From an uncultured virus (IMG/VR IMGVR_UViG_3300011113_000633) (taxonomy: Duplodnaviria; Heunggongvirae; Uroviricota; Caudoviricetes): 64,000 nt of DNA. Each line of letters opens with the position of its first letter. The stretch's first letter is position 1. Where the stretch lies: IMG/VR virus record IMGVR_UViG_3300011113_000633; one strand, 5' to 3'. Below the pieces are notes generated by a model, which worked only from the letters and a program-made list of their open reading frames with translations, was not told where the DNA came from and did no database searches. Both the position numbers and the translations under genes were made by a program. Below, one piece after another: positions 27,261-36,884 of the stretch.

Positions 27261-27475
27261 ACCTTTGGAAAAAAGTAACTAGTCAAAAGTTGCCATCTAC
27301 TCGTATTACCAGAATGGACTTGCCTTCTTTATTAAACTGGTATGAAACTACGTTAATGGACTTAGGCGCAACTTTTGATAAATACCGTTATCACGGGGCT
27401 GATTACGCTACAGTTGACGAGTTGTTTGAAATTTTAACAAACATCCACACGGAAATAGGTCAGCGTGGAAAATGA
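27251..27475 (+). CDS. Hypothetical protein upstream of terminase
   Basis: AGGAG RBS; overlaps the terminase start. Confidence 0.65.
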   Translation: MALNLWKKVTSQKLPSTRITRMDLPSLLNWYETTLMDLGATFDKYRYHGADYATVDELFEILTNIHTEIGQRGK

Positions 27476-29030
27476 AATTGAGGACCTTTCAAGCGTTCTT
27501 GATATTGAGGAATTAGCGCCAGAATTAGATGAAGCCTCAACTGAATTTGTTGACCATCTTGTTAAAAAACTACTTATCTTTACAGAAGAGTTTTGTGACA
27601 TTGAGTTTTTTCCATATCAAGTTCCAATTGCCTATCGTTTAATTGAATCCATTGTTTTAGGTGACGGTGACGAAGTGACCGTTATTGGTTGTCGCCAGTC
27701 TGGAAAATCAGAGGTCTTGTCTGGAGTAATGGCATCAATGATGGTTATTTTGCCAAAATTGGCTCCCGTATATCCAACCTGGTTAGAGAAGTTTGAAAAG
27801 GGTTTTTGGTGTGGTGTCTTTGCTCCAACAGAAGACCAAGCGGATACTGTCTTTAGTCGTATTGTCACCAAGTTGACTAATGAACATGCTCTTGACTTTT
27901 TACTTGACCCAGAGATTGACGATAAAGCGGCTTCAGGTGGTGCGCGTGGAAAAGGAAAAATAATTACGTTAAAGAACGCTGGCTCTATTTGCCGTATGCA
28001 AACTTGTAACCCCAAAGCCAAAATTGAATCTAAAACTTATCATTTTATTCTAATTGACGAGTGTCAAGAAGCCGATGAATACATGATTACTAAATCAATA
28101 AAGCCGATGCTCGCGTTTAATAACGGCACTATTTGTCTAACTGGAACTGCCTCAAGAACTAAATCTTATTTTTATAAAATGATTCAATTTAACAAAAGGC
28201 GTGGTGTCAATGGAGGTCGTCGTCACAGACAAGCCCATTTTGAATACGACCACCGTTCGGCATCTAAATACAACCCTAACTATGGGAAGTTTATTTCTAA
28301 AGAAAAAGTAAGAATTGGAGAAGACTCCGACGAATTTCAAATGTCGTATTGCAACAAATGGATTCTTGAAAAGGGTATGTTTGTGTCTGAAGAGCGCATG
28401 GAACGTCTGTTTGACCAAAGCATGCCGTTAGTAAAAGAATGGTGGAGAACTCCAGTAGTTGCAGGAATTGACGTTGCCCGTTCTAATGACTCTACGGTAG
28501 TCACTGTTGTTTGGGTGGATTGGGACCATCCAGACGCTTTTGGTTTTTATGAACATAGAATTTTGAATTGGCTTGAGATAAACAATCAAGAATGGGAACA
28601 ACAATATTTTGAAATTGTTGATTTTTTACGACATTATTCTGTAATCCGTGTTGGTGTAGACTCACAAGGAGTTGGTGGAGCAGTTGCTGAACGTTTACAA
28701 TTGTTATTGTCCGACATAGAAGTTATAGCAATGTCATCTGATTCTAAAGCACAGCACGAACGTTGGGTGCACTTAACCGAATTAATTCAAAGAGACCAGT
28801 TGGTAATTCCTGCTCACTCTAAAGCGCGTCGCACCAGGTCATGGAAACGCTTTAATCAACAAATGTCAGATTTGGAAAAAGTGTACAAAGGTCCATATTT
28901 GCTTGCCGCAGCACCAGACGAAAAAGGTGCTTTTGACGACTATCCAGACTCCCTTGCCCTTGCCTGTGCAATGACAGTACATGACACAATGCCAGAGGTA
29001 CAAGTAGGCATGTCACCGTTTTTTCGGTAA
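27465..29030 (+). CDS. terL: Terminase large subunit
   Basis: PYQ, Walker A RQSGKS, Walker B ILIDECQ, nuclease GIDVA and DDYPDSLA. Confidence 0.93.
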   Translation: MENEIEDLSSVLDIEELAPELDEASTEFVDHLVKKLLIFTEEFCDIEFFPYQVPIAYRLIESIVLGDGDEVTVIGCRQSGKSEVLSGVMASMMVILPKLAPVYPTWLEKFEKGFWCGVFAPTEDQADTVFSRIVTKLTNEHALDFLLDPEIDDKAASGGARGKGKIITLKNAGSICRMQTCNPKAKIESKTYHFILIDECQEADEYMITKSIKPMLAFNNGTICLTGTASRTKSYFYKMIQFNKRRGVNGGRRHRQAHFEYDHRSASKYNPNYGKFISKEKVRIGEDSDEFQMSYCNKWILEKGMFVSEERMERLFDQSMPLVKEWWRTPVVAGIDVARSNDSTVVTVVWVDWDHPDAFGFYEHRILNWLEINNQEWEQQYFEIVDFLRHYSVIRVGVDSQGVGGAVAERLQLLLSDIEVIAMSSDSKAQHERWVHLTELIQRDQLVIPAHSKARRTRSWKRFNQQMSDLEKVYKGPYLLAAAPDEKGAFDDYPDSLALACAMTVHDTMPEVQVGMSPFFR

Positions 29031-29089
29031 TAACCATTAAAAAATGGTAGAGTATATGATAGCAATATCCACTTTTGGAGGATTATAAA

Positions 29090-29518
29090 ATGCAAGACCC
29101 AACAATGAACATGTCAGTTGCTCCTGGTAACCCGTATCAAGAAACTGGTCGCGGTGAAATTGGATACGAAAGGACAATGGCTCCAAGCATCCCTGGAAAC
29201 AAGGGTCCGCTTCGCTTTGAAGAAGGCGTTGCCACAGACACAGACGTTCCAAACGACTTTTCAATTGGTGCATACTTTGACACTGCGCCATCACCAATGC
29301 GTCAAAACCACAACAACCCAGAGATGTTCTACAAGCATGCTGAAGACACCATGAAAGAGCGTGCACACGTAGGCTCGGCTTCGTGGGTTGAAGCACCAGC
29401 GTTGCTTAGCGATTTCGTAACTGGCGCTATGGCTGGAGACGGAATGCCGACATTTGAAATGGAGTACAATTCGGGCGGTTACATGAAGCGTCCGAACCCA
29501 ACAGTTGTATCAGATTAA
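29090..29518 (+). CDS. Hypothetical protein (possibly virion)
   Basis: GGAGG RBS; codon use like the capsid gene. Confidence 0.7.
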   Translation: MQDPTMNMSVAPGNPYQETGRGEIGYERTMAPSIPGNKGPLRFEEGVATDTDVPNDFSIGAYFDTAPSPMRQNHNNPEMFYKHAEDTMKERAHVGSASWVEAPALLSDFVTGAMAGDGMPTFEMEYNSGGYMKRPNPTVVSD

Positions 29519-29544
29519 GTAAAACTTAATATTAGGTACTAATT

Positions 29545-30114
29545 GTGGCTCGTGAAGGTAGTGCGCCAAGCGGGAGAAGCAGAGACCCTAGAAGGGTAAT
29601 CATTCCGCTAACTACCTCTCTTTCAGGTATCCCAATTGCAGGGTCATATCAAGGAGGAGGACTATACGATTTTTCAGCAATGAAAAAAGCCAGATGGTCT
29701 GAGTTCTATGGAAGTCAGCATTCGCAAAAAAACCTTGGATACGACTATAACTTTAAAAATCGTTTTGTATCTAGCGATTCTGGACGTCGTATTGGCTTCA
29801 TTGGAAACGTAGGCGGTTATCAAACAGCCCGTCGTGAGTCAAGTAGTGCCAAAGTTATTCAAGACCCAACTGACGCTTTTAAAACACACAAACCTTTTAC
29901 TAAAATTAAAGGTGCTGGAATAAGCCCAAGAATTCGTTTTATAGATACTGCTCGTATGAGAAGTAGGGCAATAAATTTATACAACAAAGCCAATCCAGCA
30001 AACATTAATGACCTAGATATTAAACGACGTATGGACTACGAGGAAACAAAGAAACTTCGTGGAGATATGTTTGGTCCAAAAGACCGAGGAACTTCCTTTG
30101 GAAGGCTGCGATGA
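29545..30114 (+). CDS. Hypothetical basic protein
   Basis: 189-aa ORF, GTG start, ATGA coupling. Confidence 0.65.
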   Translation: MAREGSAPSGRSRDPRRVIIPLTTSLSGIPIAGSYQGGGLYDFSAMKKARWSEFYGSQHSQKNLGYDYNFKNRFVSSDSGRRIGFIGNVGGYQTARRESSSAKVIQDPTDAFKTHKPFTKIKGAGISPRIRFIDTARMRSRAINLYNKANPANINDLDIKRRMDYEETKKLRGDMFGPKDRGTSFGRLR

Positions 30115-30332
30115 GTTCGGAACTTTGGACGGCTGTTGTTGTTACCGCAATACCTGTTGTTGGCGGAGGTGTTGGGTACTTAATAAAGTATTTAATTGAA
30201 TTTAGAAATGAAAATAGAATAGACCATAATCTTGTAATGGAAGCAATTAGTGATTTAAAAACAGATGTTCGTGAAGTTAAAAGTGGTTTGTACGACCACA
30301 TTTCATGGCATGCAAAGAGAGTTAAAAAATGA
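30111..30332 (+). CDS. One-TM membrane protein (lysis cassette)
   Basis: N-terminal TM plus coiled coil ending DHISWH. Confidence 0.7.
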   Translation: MSSELWTAVVVTAIPVVGGGVGYLIKYLIEFRNENRIDHNLVMEAISDLKTDVREVKSGLYDHISWHAKRVKK

Positions 30333-30592
30333 AAATACCACCGTTACTGCAAAATATCCTTCTTCGTATGTTGGCTACTTTTGCTGCCTCTGGTTTAGGC
30401 GTAATTGGCGCAGGAACAATCGCTGGTGTCCCTATTTGGAAATCTGTCTTTATGGCAGGAATTGCTGGTGTAGCAACAGTAATTGAAGGTTTGTCACGTG
30501 CTTTTCTAGATGACGGTAAACTAACTAAAGAAGAAATTAATACGGTCTTTTCAAAAGTAGATAAGAAAGCACCTGCTAAAGAAAAAGTTTAA
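30329..30592 (+). CDS. Holin-like two-TM protein
   Basis: Two TMs, DDGKLT.EEIN, basic tail; near the endolysin. Confidence 0.65.
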   Translation: MKIPPLLQNILLRMLATFAASGLGVIGAGTIAGVPIWKSVFMAGIAGVATVIEGLSRAFLDDGKLTKEEINTVFSKVDKKAPAKEKV

Positions 30593-30604
30593 ATTAAAAC
30601 TTAT

Positions 30605-30793
30605 ATGAAACGTCTATTTTTGGTTGTTGCTTTAACATTAGTTGGTTGCGGATATGACGGTGGCTACCGTTACGAATGCCAAGACCCAAACAACTGGAAT
30701 AACGAAGAGTGTAAACCACCTATTTGCGAAGCAGCAGGTGCTTGCACGAAAGATTTAATTGGCTTTGACCCTAATGAACCTAAAACCCCATAA
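30605..30793 (+). CDS. Small lipoprotein
   Basis: MKR + hydrophobic stretch + LVGC lipobox; four more Cys. Confidence 0.75.
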   Translation: MKRLFLVVALTLVGCGYDGGYRYECQDPNNWNNEECKPPICEAAGACTKDLIGFDPNEPKTP

Positions 30794-30801
30794 GGAGAAA
30801 T

Positions 30802-31080
30802 ATGAATAAATCTAGATATACACCAGAAGAACTGGACGCAAGGTTAAAGTTTGTTGTTGGTTGCATTTTAGGGCTTGTACTTACTATTACTACTATTGGC
30901 GTTTTGTATGCTTTAGTGTTTGTAACCCAACCTATTGGCGCCCAAGCAGAAAATGATAAAATGTTCTTTGGTGTTCTTTCTAGTGTGGCTACCTTTATTA
31001 CGGGTACTCTTGCTGGATTAATGATTTCAACAGGGCGCAATAAAGAACAAACTACTGATGAGGAGACAAACAATGTCTAA
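30802..31080 (+). CDS. Two-TM membrane protein (holin candidate)
   Basis: AAGGAG RBS; two TMs; directly before the endolysin. Confidence 0.7.
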   Translation: MNKSRYTPEELDARLKFVVGCILGLVLTITTIGVLYALVFVTQPIGAQAENDKMFFGVLSSVATFITGTLAGLMISTGRNKEQTTDEETNNV

Positions 31081-31882
31081 AAAAGTTGATTGGGACTATG
31101 TTGCCCCAGTAAAAATGCCTGCTGATTTGAAAGGAATTGAACCTGGGAAACTTCCTGAGCATTTGCTTCGCCCAGCAGTTGGTGGTGGAAAACTCCACTG
31201 GCTTGCCGCGGCTGCTTGGGCTGCAATGGTGGAGAAGGCTAAGGCTGACGGTATTGAATTAAAGCCCGTCTCATCTGGAGATACTTATCGCACTTACGAT
31301 TCGCAACTTACAGCGTTTAAACAACGCTACACCAAAGAACCTAATGGCAACTCAACAAGAACATTTGAAGGTGTCAAATGGTATAAGAAAGACCCAAAAC
31401 TTGCTAGTTTGGCTGCTCCAGGCACCTCTCAGCATAATAGCGGGTTGGCAGTTGATGTTCATACTGCTGCTGAACCAAAACGCCTTAAATGGTTGATTGA
31501 TAACGTTAAAACATTTGGATTTTCTTGGGAAGTGGTTCCAGAAGAACCCTGGCATCTGCGCTATTGTGATGGTGATACACCACCTGCTGCTGTCAAAGCC
31601 TACATGGATAAAAACAATATTAAAGCACCAGAAGGCAAAAGTGCTACTCCTGCTCCAGTTGTTGAAAGCGAAGATAAAAGTACCTTAAACATTAAGTTGG
31701 GAGATAAAAGCGACAAGGTAAAACAGTTGCAAGAACTTCTCAATAAAAAAGGTTTTGCTTGCACTGCTGACGGTAATTTTGGACCTGCCACACAGAAAGC
31801 GTTGAATTACTTCAAACAATCTGTTAACCTGAAACCTAATGGTATCTGCAACGACAAAACATGGGACGCCATTACTGCATAA
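31073..31882 (+). CDS. Endolysin: M15/VanY-like peptidase plus peptidoglycan-binding domain
   Basis: YR.Y..Q, PGTSQH..GLAVD, EPWH; C-terminal G..V..LQ.LL...DG.FGP.T..A...F. Confidence 0.9.
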   Translation: MSKKVDWDYVAPVKMPADLKGIEPGKLPEHLLRPAVGGGKLHWLAAAAWAAMVEKAKADGIELKPVSSGDTYRTYDSQLTAFKQRYTKEPNGNSTRTFEGVKWYKKDPKLASLAAPGTSQHNSGLAVDVHTAAEPKRLKWLIDNVKTFGFSWEVVPEEPWHLRYCDGDTPPAAVKAYMDKNNIKAPEGKSATPAPVVESEDKSTLNIKLGDKSDKVKQLQELLNKKGFACTADGNFGPATQKALNYFKQSVNLKPNGICNDKTWDAITA

Positions 31883-31894
31883 TCCGTTTACAAA

Positions 31895-32188
31895 TTGGAG
31901 CACAACTTGGACAACTCATCGTTAATTAACGATTTATTAAACCCTACAAAACAACTAACTCAACAGAAATGTAAAGTAGGTCGCATGCTTGATATGCTTC
32001 CTGATGACACTTCTGATGCAATGAAAAAAGCAATTGAATTAATTCGCACTACGCAATATCAAGGTAAAAACAAAACATACAGTAGTGTTTGGTTATCTAA
32101 GGTTCTTCGTAAAAACAGTTATCCAATAAGTCCAAGTACAATTCAACGACACGTCAACAAGGAGTGCTCTTGTGAACAATCTGATTAA
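31895..32188 (+). CDS. Hypothetical protein, possibly HTH/Zn-binding
   Basis: CKVG...S.STIQRH...CSC. Confidence 0.6.
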   Translation: MEHNLDNSSLINDLLNPTKQLTQQKCKVGRMLDMLPDDTSDAMKKAIELIRTTQYQGKNKTYSSVWLSKVLRKNSYPISPSTIQRHVNKECSCEQSD

Positions 32189-33323
32189 CGACTTAAATCA
32201 ACCAAACAAAAATACCAAAGTTCTTGGAAAACTTCTTGAACTACTTGACCGTAAAAACATAGACATTGAAGATATTGGTGACGTAAAACGAGTATCTATT
32301 TACCAGTCTCTTACTAAAAACGAAGAAGGAGAAGCAGAAGTACATGACCTTGCTGCTATTCAATTTTCACCTTCTTGGGATAGTGGTCCTGAATGGCCTG
32401 TTGTTCAACAGGGTCCAGCAATTAAATTACCTCCTAGAAAACCAATTGTCAAAACAAAAAACAAATACAAAAAATGCGTAATAGTGCCAGATGCTCAAAT
32501 CGGTTACTACCGAGGAAGAGATGGACAACTTGAACCAACTCACGATGAAAAAGCAATGCAAATTGCAGTTGAGTTAATACGTGAGGTAAAGCCACAAACA
32601 GTTGTATGTGTTGGTGACAACTTAGATTTACCTGAAATGGGTAAGTACTTAACTACTCCTGCATATCAACAAACCACTCAAGCAGCAATTGACCGTGCAA
32701 CTAAGTTTTGTGCTGAACTTCGCGAGGCTGCTCCTAATGCAACTATAGTTTGGTTAGCAGGAAACCACGAAGAACGAATGCCAAAGTATCTGTTAACTAA
32801 TGCTGGTGCTGCTTATGGATTGCGAAAAGGGAACACTCCTGAATCTTGGCCTGTGTTAACTGTTCCATATCTTTGCCGAATGGAAGAATTTGGCGTTGAA
32901 TACCGACCAGGATATCCTGCATCTGATTTTTGGATTAACGAAAAACTTCGTGTTATTCATGGAGACAGAGTTAAATCATCAGGGTCAACGGCACATGTGT
33001 ACCTTAACCAAGAAAAGACTTCCGTAATTTACGGACACATTCACAGAATTGAAACTGCATTTAAAACACGAGAAGACTTTGATGGTCCTCGTACAATCAT
33101 GGCAGCATCTCCTGGTTGTCTTGCTCGCATTGATGGAGCAGTCCCTTCAACTAGGGGCGGTGTTGACCTTGATGGACGACCATTGGTTCGCTATGAAAAC
33201 TGGCAACAAGGAATGGCAGTTGTTACATACGAACAAAGTGGAGAACATAAATTCTCATACGAATTGATGCCCATTTACAATGGTTGGGCTATTTATCAAG
33301 GTAAAGAATTTATAGTCAAATAA
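32172..33323 (+). CDS. Calcineurin-like metallophosphoesterase
   Basis: PDAQ, GDNLD, GNHE, IHG, GHIHR. Confidence 0.88.
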   Translation: MNNLINDLNQPNKNTKVLGKLLELLDRKNIDIEDIGDVKRVSIYQSLTKNEEGEAEVHDLAAIQFSPSWDSGPEWPVVQQGPAIKLPPRKPIVKTKNKYKKCVIVPDAQIGYYRGRDGQLEPTHDEKAMQIAVELIREVKPQTVVCVGDNLDLPEMGKYLTTPAYQQTTQAAIDRATKFCAELREAAPNATIVWLAGNHEERMPKYLLTNAGAAYGLRKGNTPESWPVLTVPYLCRMEEFGVEYRPGYPASDFWINEKLRVIHGDRVKSSGSTAHVYLNQEKTSVIYGHIHRIETAFKTREDFDGPRTIMAASPGCLARIDGAVPSTRGGVDLDGRPLVRYENWQQGMAVVTYEQSGEHKFSYELMPIYNGWAIYQGKEFIVK

Positions 33324-33325
33324 AC

Positions 33326-33955
33326 ATGACTACCATTATCGGTGTTCAAGGAGATGGGTTTGCAGTAATCTGCTCAGACTCTCGTGTGTCTACGTTTGGC
33401 GATAACTTTTCACAAATTGGAACATTACGAGAAGGTTCTAGCAAGGTTTCTCAAAACGGTAAATATCTCATTGGTGCGGCTGGTGACGTTCGTGCTATCA
33501 ACATTCTTCAACACGTGTTTCAACCTCCTGCTCCTCCAATAAATGCTAACAAGAAGACATTAGACCAATTCTTTACAGCCAAATTCATACCAGCCTTAAG
33601 AGAGTGTTTTGAATCTCAAGGTTATGCTGTTCCTGAACGAGAAGACAAAGAACACATTGCAGAACAAGGCTCTTCGGTCATAGTTGCTGTTAATAGCAAC
33701 ATCTACGTTGTAGAAAGCGACTATTCGTGGTCTTCTGAAGCGACTGGATTATATGCCTTAGGTTCAGGCTCGTCTTATGCTTTAGGAGCATTGCAAGTAT
33801 TAATTCGTAACAAAAAAGTCAATAGTCAGTTGGCAAAGACGTATGCTCTTCGCGCTTTGGCTATTGCTTCCAAATACGACCCTAATACAGGGTCGCCTTA
33901 TCATTCCTATGTACAAGGCGAAAAAGTAAGCGTTAAACGACGCAAAAAGGTATAA
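33326..33955 (+). CDS. Ntn-hydrolase protease (proteasome beta/HslV-like)
   Basis: N-terminal MTTII, SDSR, SKV, ALGSGS.YALG, A..D..TG. Confidence 0.85.
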   Translation: MTTIIGVQGDGFAVICSDSRVSTFGDNFSQIGTLREGSSKVSQNGKYLIGAAGDVRAINILQHVFQPPAPPINANKKTLDQFFTAKFIPALRECFESQGYAVPEREDKEHIAEQGSSVIVAVNSNIYVVESDYSWSSEATGLYALGSGSSYALGALQVLIRNKKVNSQLAKTYALRALAIASKYDPNTGSPYHSYVQGEKVSVKRRKKV

Positions 33956-33985
33956 TTAAACCACAACCTATCAAGGAGATTAAGT

Positions 33986-34291
33986 ATGTCCAAGAAAATT
34001 AATGTAGTAGATATTAAAGATGTTGCAACTAAAGGTGGAGCAATTGGCGTTGTTTCATACCTTATGTCCACATGGGAAGTTGACCCTGCTCTTAACGTAG
34101 TAATTTTACCTGCTATTCTGTATGTGCTTAACGTGCTTAGCACTAAAATTGGAGACCCTCAAATTGCTAACTTTTTTGCCAAACAAAGCAAAGTCGTTGA
34201 GGCCGCAGTTAAAGAAACAGTTGCACGACCAACTGAAGTTGCCAAGATTCCTGCAGTTAAGAAAGCCGCTCCAAAGAACAAAAAGAAGTAA
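33986..34291 (+). CDS. Two-TM membrane protein
   Basis: AAGGAG RBS; two TMs, Lys-rich tail. Confidence 0.7.
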   Translation: MSKKINVVDIKDVATKGGAIGVVSYLMSTWEVDPALNVVILPAILYVLNVLSTKIGDPQIANFFAKQSKVVEAAVKETVARPTEVAKIPAVKKAAPKNKKK

Positions 34292-34299
34292 GTTCTTAA

Positions 34300-35982
34300 A
34301 TGGCAATTGATTTTTGGTCACCTTCTTATCGCGCTGCTGCTAGTGACTTAACAGTTGCTATTAGCCCTTTAGGGCTTGTTGAGTTAGCCGATGAAGAGTT
34401 TGAAGTCCATGGTCCACGTCTAAACAGATACTCGTCTGCTTGGGCGTGGTACTTAGGACACCATTGGTCATATCGCCGTGAGATGGGTGAATCTCAATTT
34501 TACATGAACTATGTCCGCACTATGTCGGATTACATTACCAATTTTTGTTTTGGCAAAGGAGTTCAATTTAAAACTCCAGAACAAAACAATGCAATCATTC
34601 CTCACCTCTTAGACGATGTATGGAATACTCACAATAACAAACATAAAGTTTTGTGGGAAATGGGACAATTGGCTGGGGTTACTGGCGATTGTTTTGTTAA
34701 AGTAGCCTACGAAGAACCTTTTGTAGATACTGCTGGAATTCCACATGAAGGTCGTATCAGGGTTATCCCACTTAACCCAGCGCATTGTTTCCCTGAATAT
34801 CATCCGCATGACCGTGACCGCATTATTAGATTTAAACTTAAATATCGTTTTTGGGGAACTTCGGCTGAAGGCACTCGTCAGGTTTACACGTTTACAGAAA
34901 TTCTTACTGACGAAACTATTCAACAATTTATTAATGATGAATTAATTGATGAATATCAAAACGTAATTGGCAGTGTTCCTGTTGTTCATATTGCTAACGT
35001 AAGTATCTCTTCATCTCCTTGGGGTCAATCTGACATTTGGGATGTTATTCCTTTAAACCGTGAACTGAATGAAAAGATGACTGAGGTTTCAGACATCATT
35101 AATTACCACGCTGCTCCAGTAACAATTATTACTGGTGCAAAAGCAAGTCAACTTGAACGAGGTCCAAAGAAAGTTTGGGCTGGTCTGCCTAAAGATGCAA
35201 ACGTGTTTAACCTTGAATCTCGTGGTGAAATGGCTGGAGCGCTTGAATACATTCAGTTTATTAAACGAACAATGCATGAAATTACAGGCATCCCAGAAGC
35301 AGCACTAGGACAATTCCAACCAGTATCTAATACTTCTGGTGTTGCTTTGGCAATTCAGTACCAGCCTTTGATGAATCGTTATCAAATGAAAAAGATTCAT
35401 TTTACAAAAGGTCTTGAGCGTATTAACGAACTTGTTATTCGTACTGCTGCTATGTTCCGACCAGAGATGTTAATTTATAACTCTCAAAAAGCAGCAAAAC
35501 CAGAACGAGACAATCTACTCCAACTAGACCCTGCTGACCCACTTACTTATAAAACAACATGTCATTGGCCTGACCCGTTGCCTGTAGATGTACTTATTAA
35601 ACTTAATGAGGTGCAAGCAAAGATGTCATTGGGGTTGGAATCCAAGCGTGGTGCATTGCGTACGTTAGGTGAGGAGTTCCCGAACGAAAAGATGGAAGAA
35701 ATCTTTGAAGAACTTATGGACGACGCTATTGACCAAGGTTCTTTGACCATGCTTAATTCTCAAATACAATCCGCAATTATGATGGCAACAGGAATGTTGC
35801 CTAATAACGAAGGTCCTGTTGCTACGTCGGCTGGAGGGTCAGACGTGTCATCAGCAGGAAATTCTCAAGGTTCTATGCCTGGAACGGCTGTGAATCCTGT
35901 AGAATCAGACCTGATGAATCAATTGGTTAGCAAGGCTTATGGTGCTAGGTTCGCCCAGCGTCGTAATCCAGATGAAGAATAA
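34300..35982 (+). CDS. Portal protein
   Basis: 560 aa; GD.F.K, P.VHI.N...WG.SD, SG.AL; position before scaffold and capsid. Confidence 0.88.
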   Translation: MAIDFWSPSYRAAASDLTVAISPLGLVELADEEFEVHGPRLNRYSSAWAWYLGHHWSYRREMGESQFYMNYVRTMSDYITNFCFGKGVQFKTPEQNNAIIPHLLDDVWNTHNNKHKVLWEMGQLAGVTGDCFVKVAYEEPFVDTAGIPHEGRIRVIPLNPAHCFPEYHPHDRDRIIRFKLKYRFWGTSAEGTRQVYTFTEILTDETIQQFINDELIDEYQNVIGSVPVVHIANVSISSSPWGQSDIWDVIPLNRELNEKMTEVSDIINYHAAPVTIITGAKASQLERGPKKVWAGLPKDANVFNLESRGEMAGALEYIQFIKRTMHEITGIPEAALGQFQPVSNTSGVALAIQYQPLMNRYQMKKIHFTKGLERINELVIRTAAMFRPEMLIYNSQKAAKPERDNLLQLDPADPLTYKTTCHWPDPLPVDVLIKLNEVQAKMSLGLESKRGALRTLGEEFPNEKMEEIFEELMDDAIDQGSLTMLNSQIQSAIMMATGMLPNNEGPVATSAGGSDVSSAGNSQGSMPGTAVNPVESDLMNQLVSKAYGARFAQRRNPDEE

Positions 35983-36032
35983 ACTGTTTATTACCTAAGT
36001 CAACATAAGCCCAACTAGAGAGGTATATACCT

Positions 36033-36827
36033 ATGGCAAAGCAAGAAGAAGACGCTGTTACTATCCTTGCAGAAGCAACAGCAACAATGCTAGATGAGTC
36101 AGCAAAAGTAACAGGTCAAAAGACTAAGACCTTTACTGAAGATGACGTTGAAGGCATTCGCAAGCAGGAAAAAGACAAGATGTACAAGCGTCTTGAAGAA
36201 TCGGATACCCGAACAAAGGTGCTTGAAGAGCAACTAAAAGTCATTTCTGCAGAGCGAGAAGCGGCTATTAAAAAAGCCGAAGAAACAGCACGTAAAGAAG
36301 AAGAGATTCGTAAGCAACGCGAATTTGAAGAATTGAGCGCAAAAGAACTCCTCCTAAAGCAGGAGACTGAGTTTACAAAGAAAATCAATGACGTTGAGAA
36401 TGAGTGGAAAAGTCGTCTAGAAGAGATTGAACGTGACCGTCAGGCACAGGCAGCCCTTTTAGAAAAAGAACGACGCCACCAAGAACTTCAAAACTACATT
36501 TCTCGCCGTATACAAGAGGAGCAAGAGTACATTATTCCACAACTCCTGCCTTTGATTAGCGGTTCTTCCGAAGAAGAAATTGAGTTGCAAATTAACAAGT
36601 ACAAAGACGCAAGTTCTGCTATTCTAGAAAACGTCCAAAGAGTGACTGCGGAATCCCAAAGTCGCTTTAAGGCAGTAGGTGTAACAGCACCTCCTGTTGG
36701 ACCTATGGAAACTCAAATGGAGCAGCAAACGTTAACTGCGGAAGATATCCGCAATATGTCAATGGAACAGTATCAAAAAATGCGTGAGAAACTTTTAAAC
36801 GCACGTTCTTCAAAGGGTCGTTTCTAA
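36033..36827 (+). CDS. Capsid scaffolding protein
   Basis: Charged coiled coil between portal and capsid; ends I.NMSMEQY..MR..L. Confidence 0.8.
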   Translation: MAKQEEDAVTILAEATATMLDESAKVTGQKTKTFTEDDVEGIRKQEKDKMYKRLEESDTRTKVLEEQLKVISAEREAAIKKAEETARKEEEIRKQREFEELSAKELLLKQETEFTKKINDVENEWKSRLEEIERDRQAQAALLEKERRHQELQNYISRRIQEEQEYIIPQLLPLISGSSEEEIELQINKYKDASSAILENVQRVTAESQSRFKAVGVTAPPVGPMETQMEQQTLTAEDIRNMSMEQYQKMREKLLNARSSKGRF

Positions 36828-36884
36828 CGAACTTTTAAAGAATAAATAAATTATCCACAATTACCTAACAAAGGAATTTTCTAT

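Noticed and set aside
27465..29030. Intein or intron in terminase (also checked DnaB and SNF2)
   Set aside because: Lengths are normal, frames are continuous and no splicing motifs were seen
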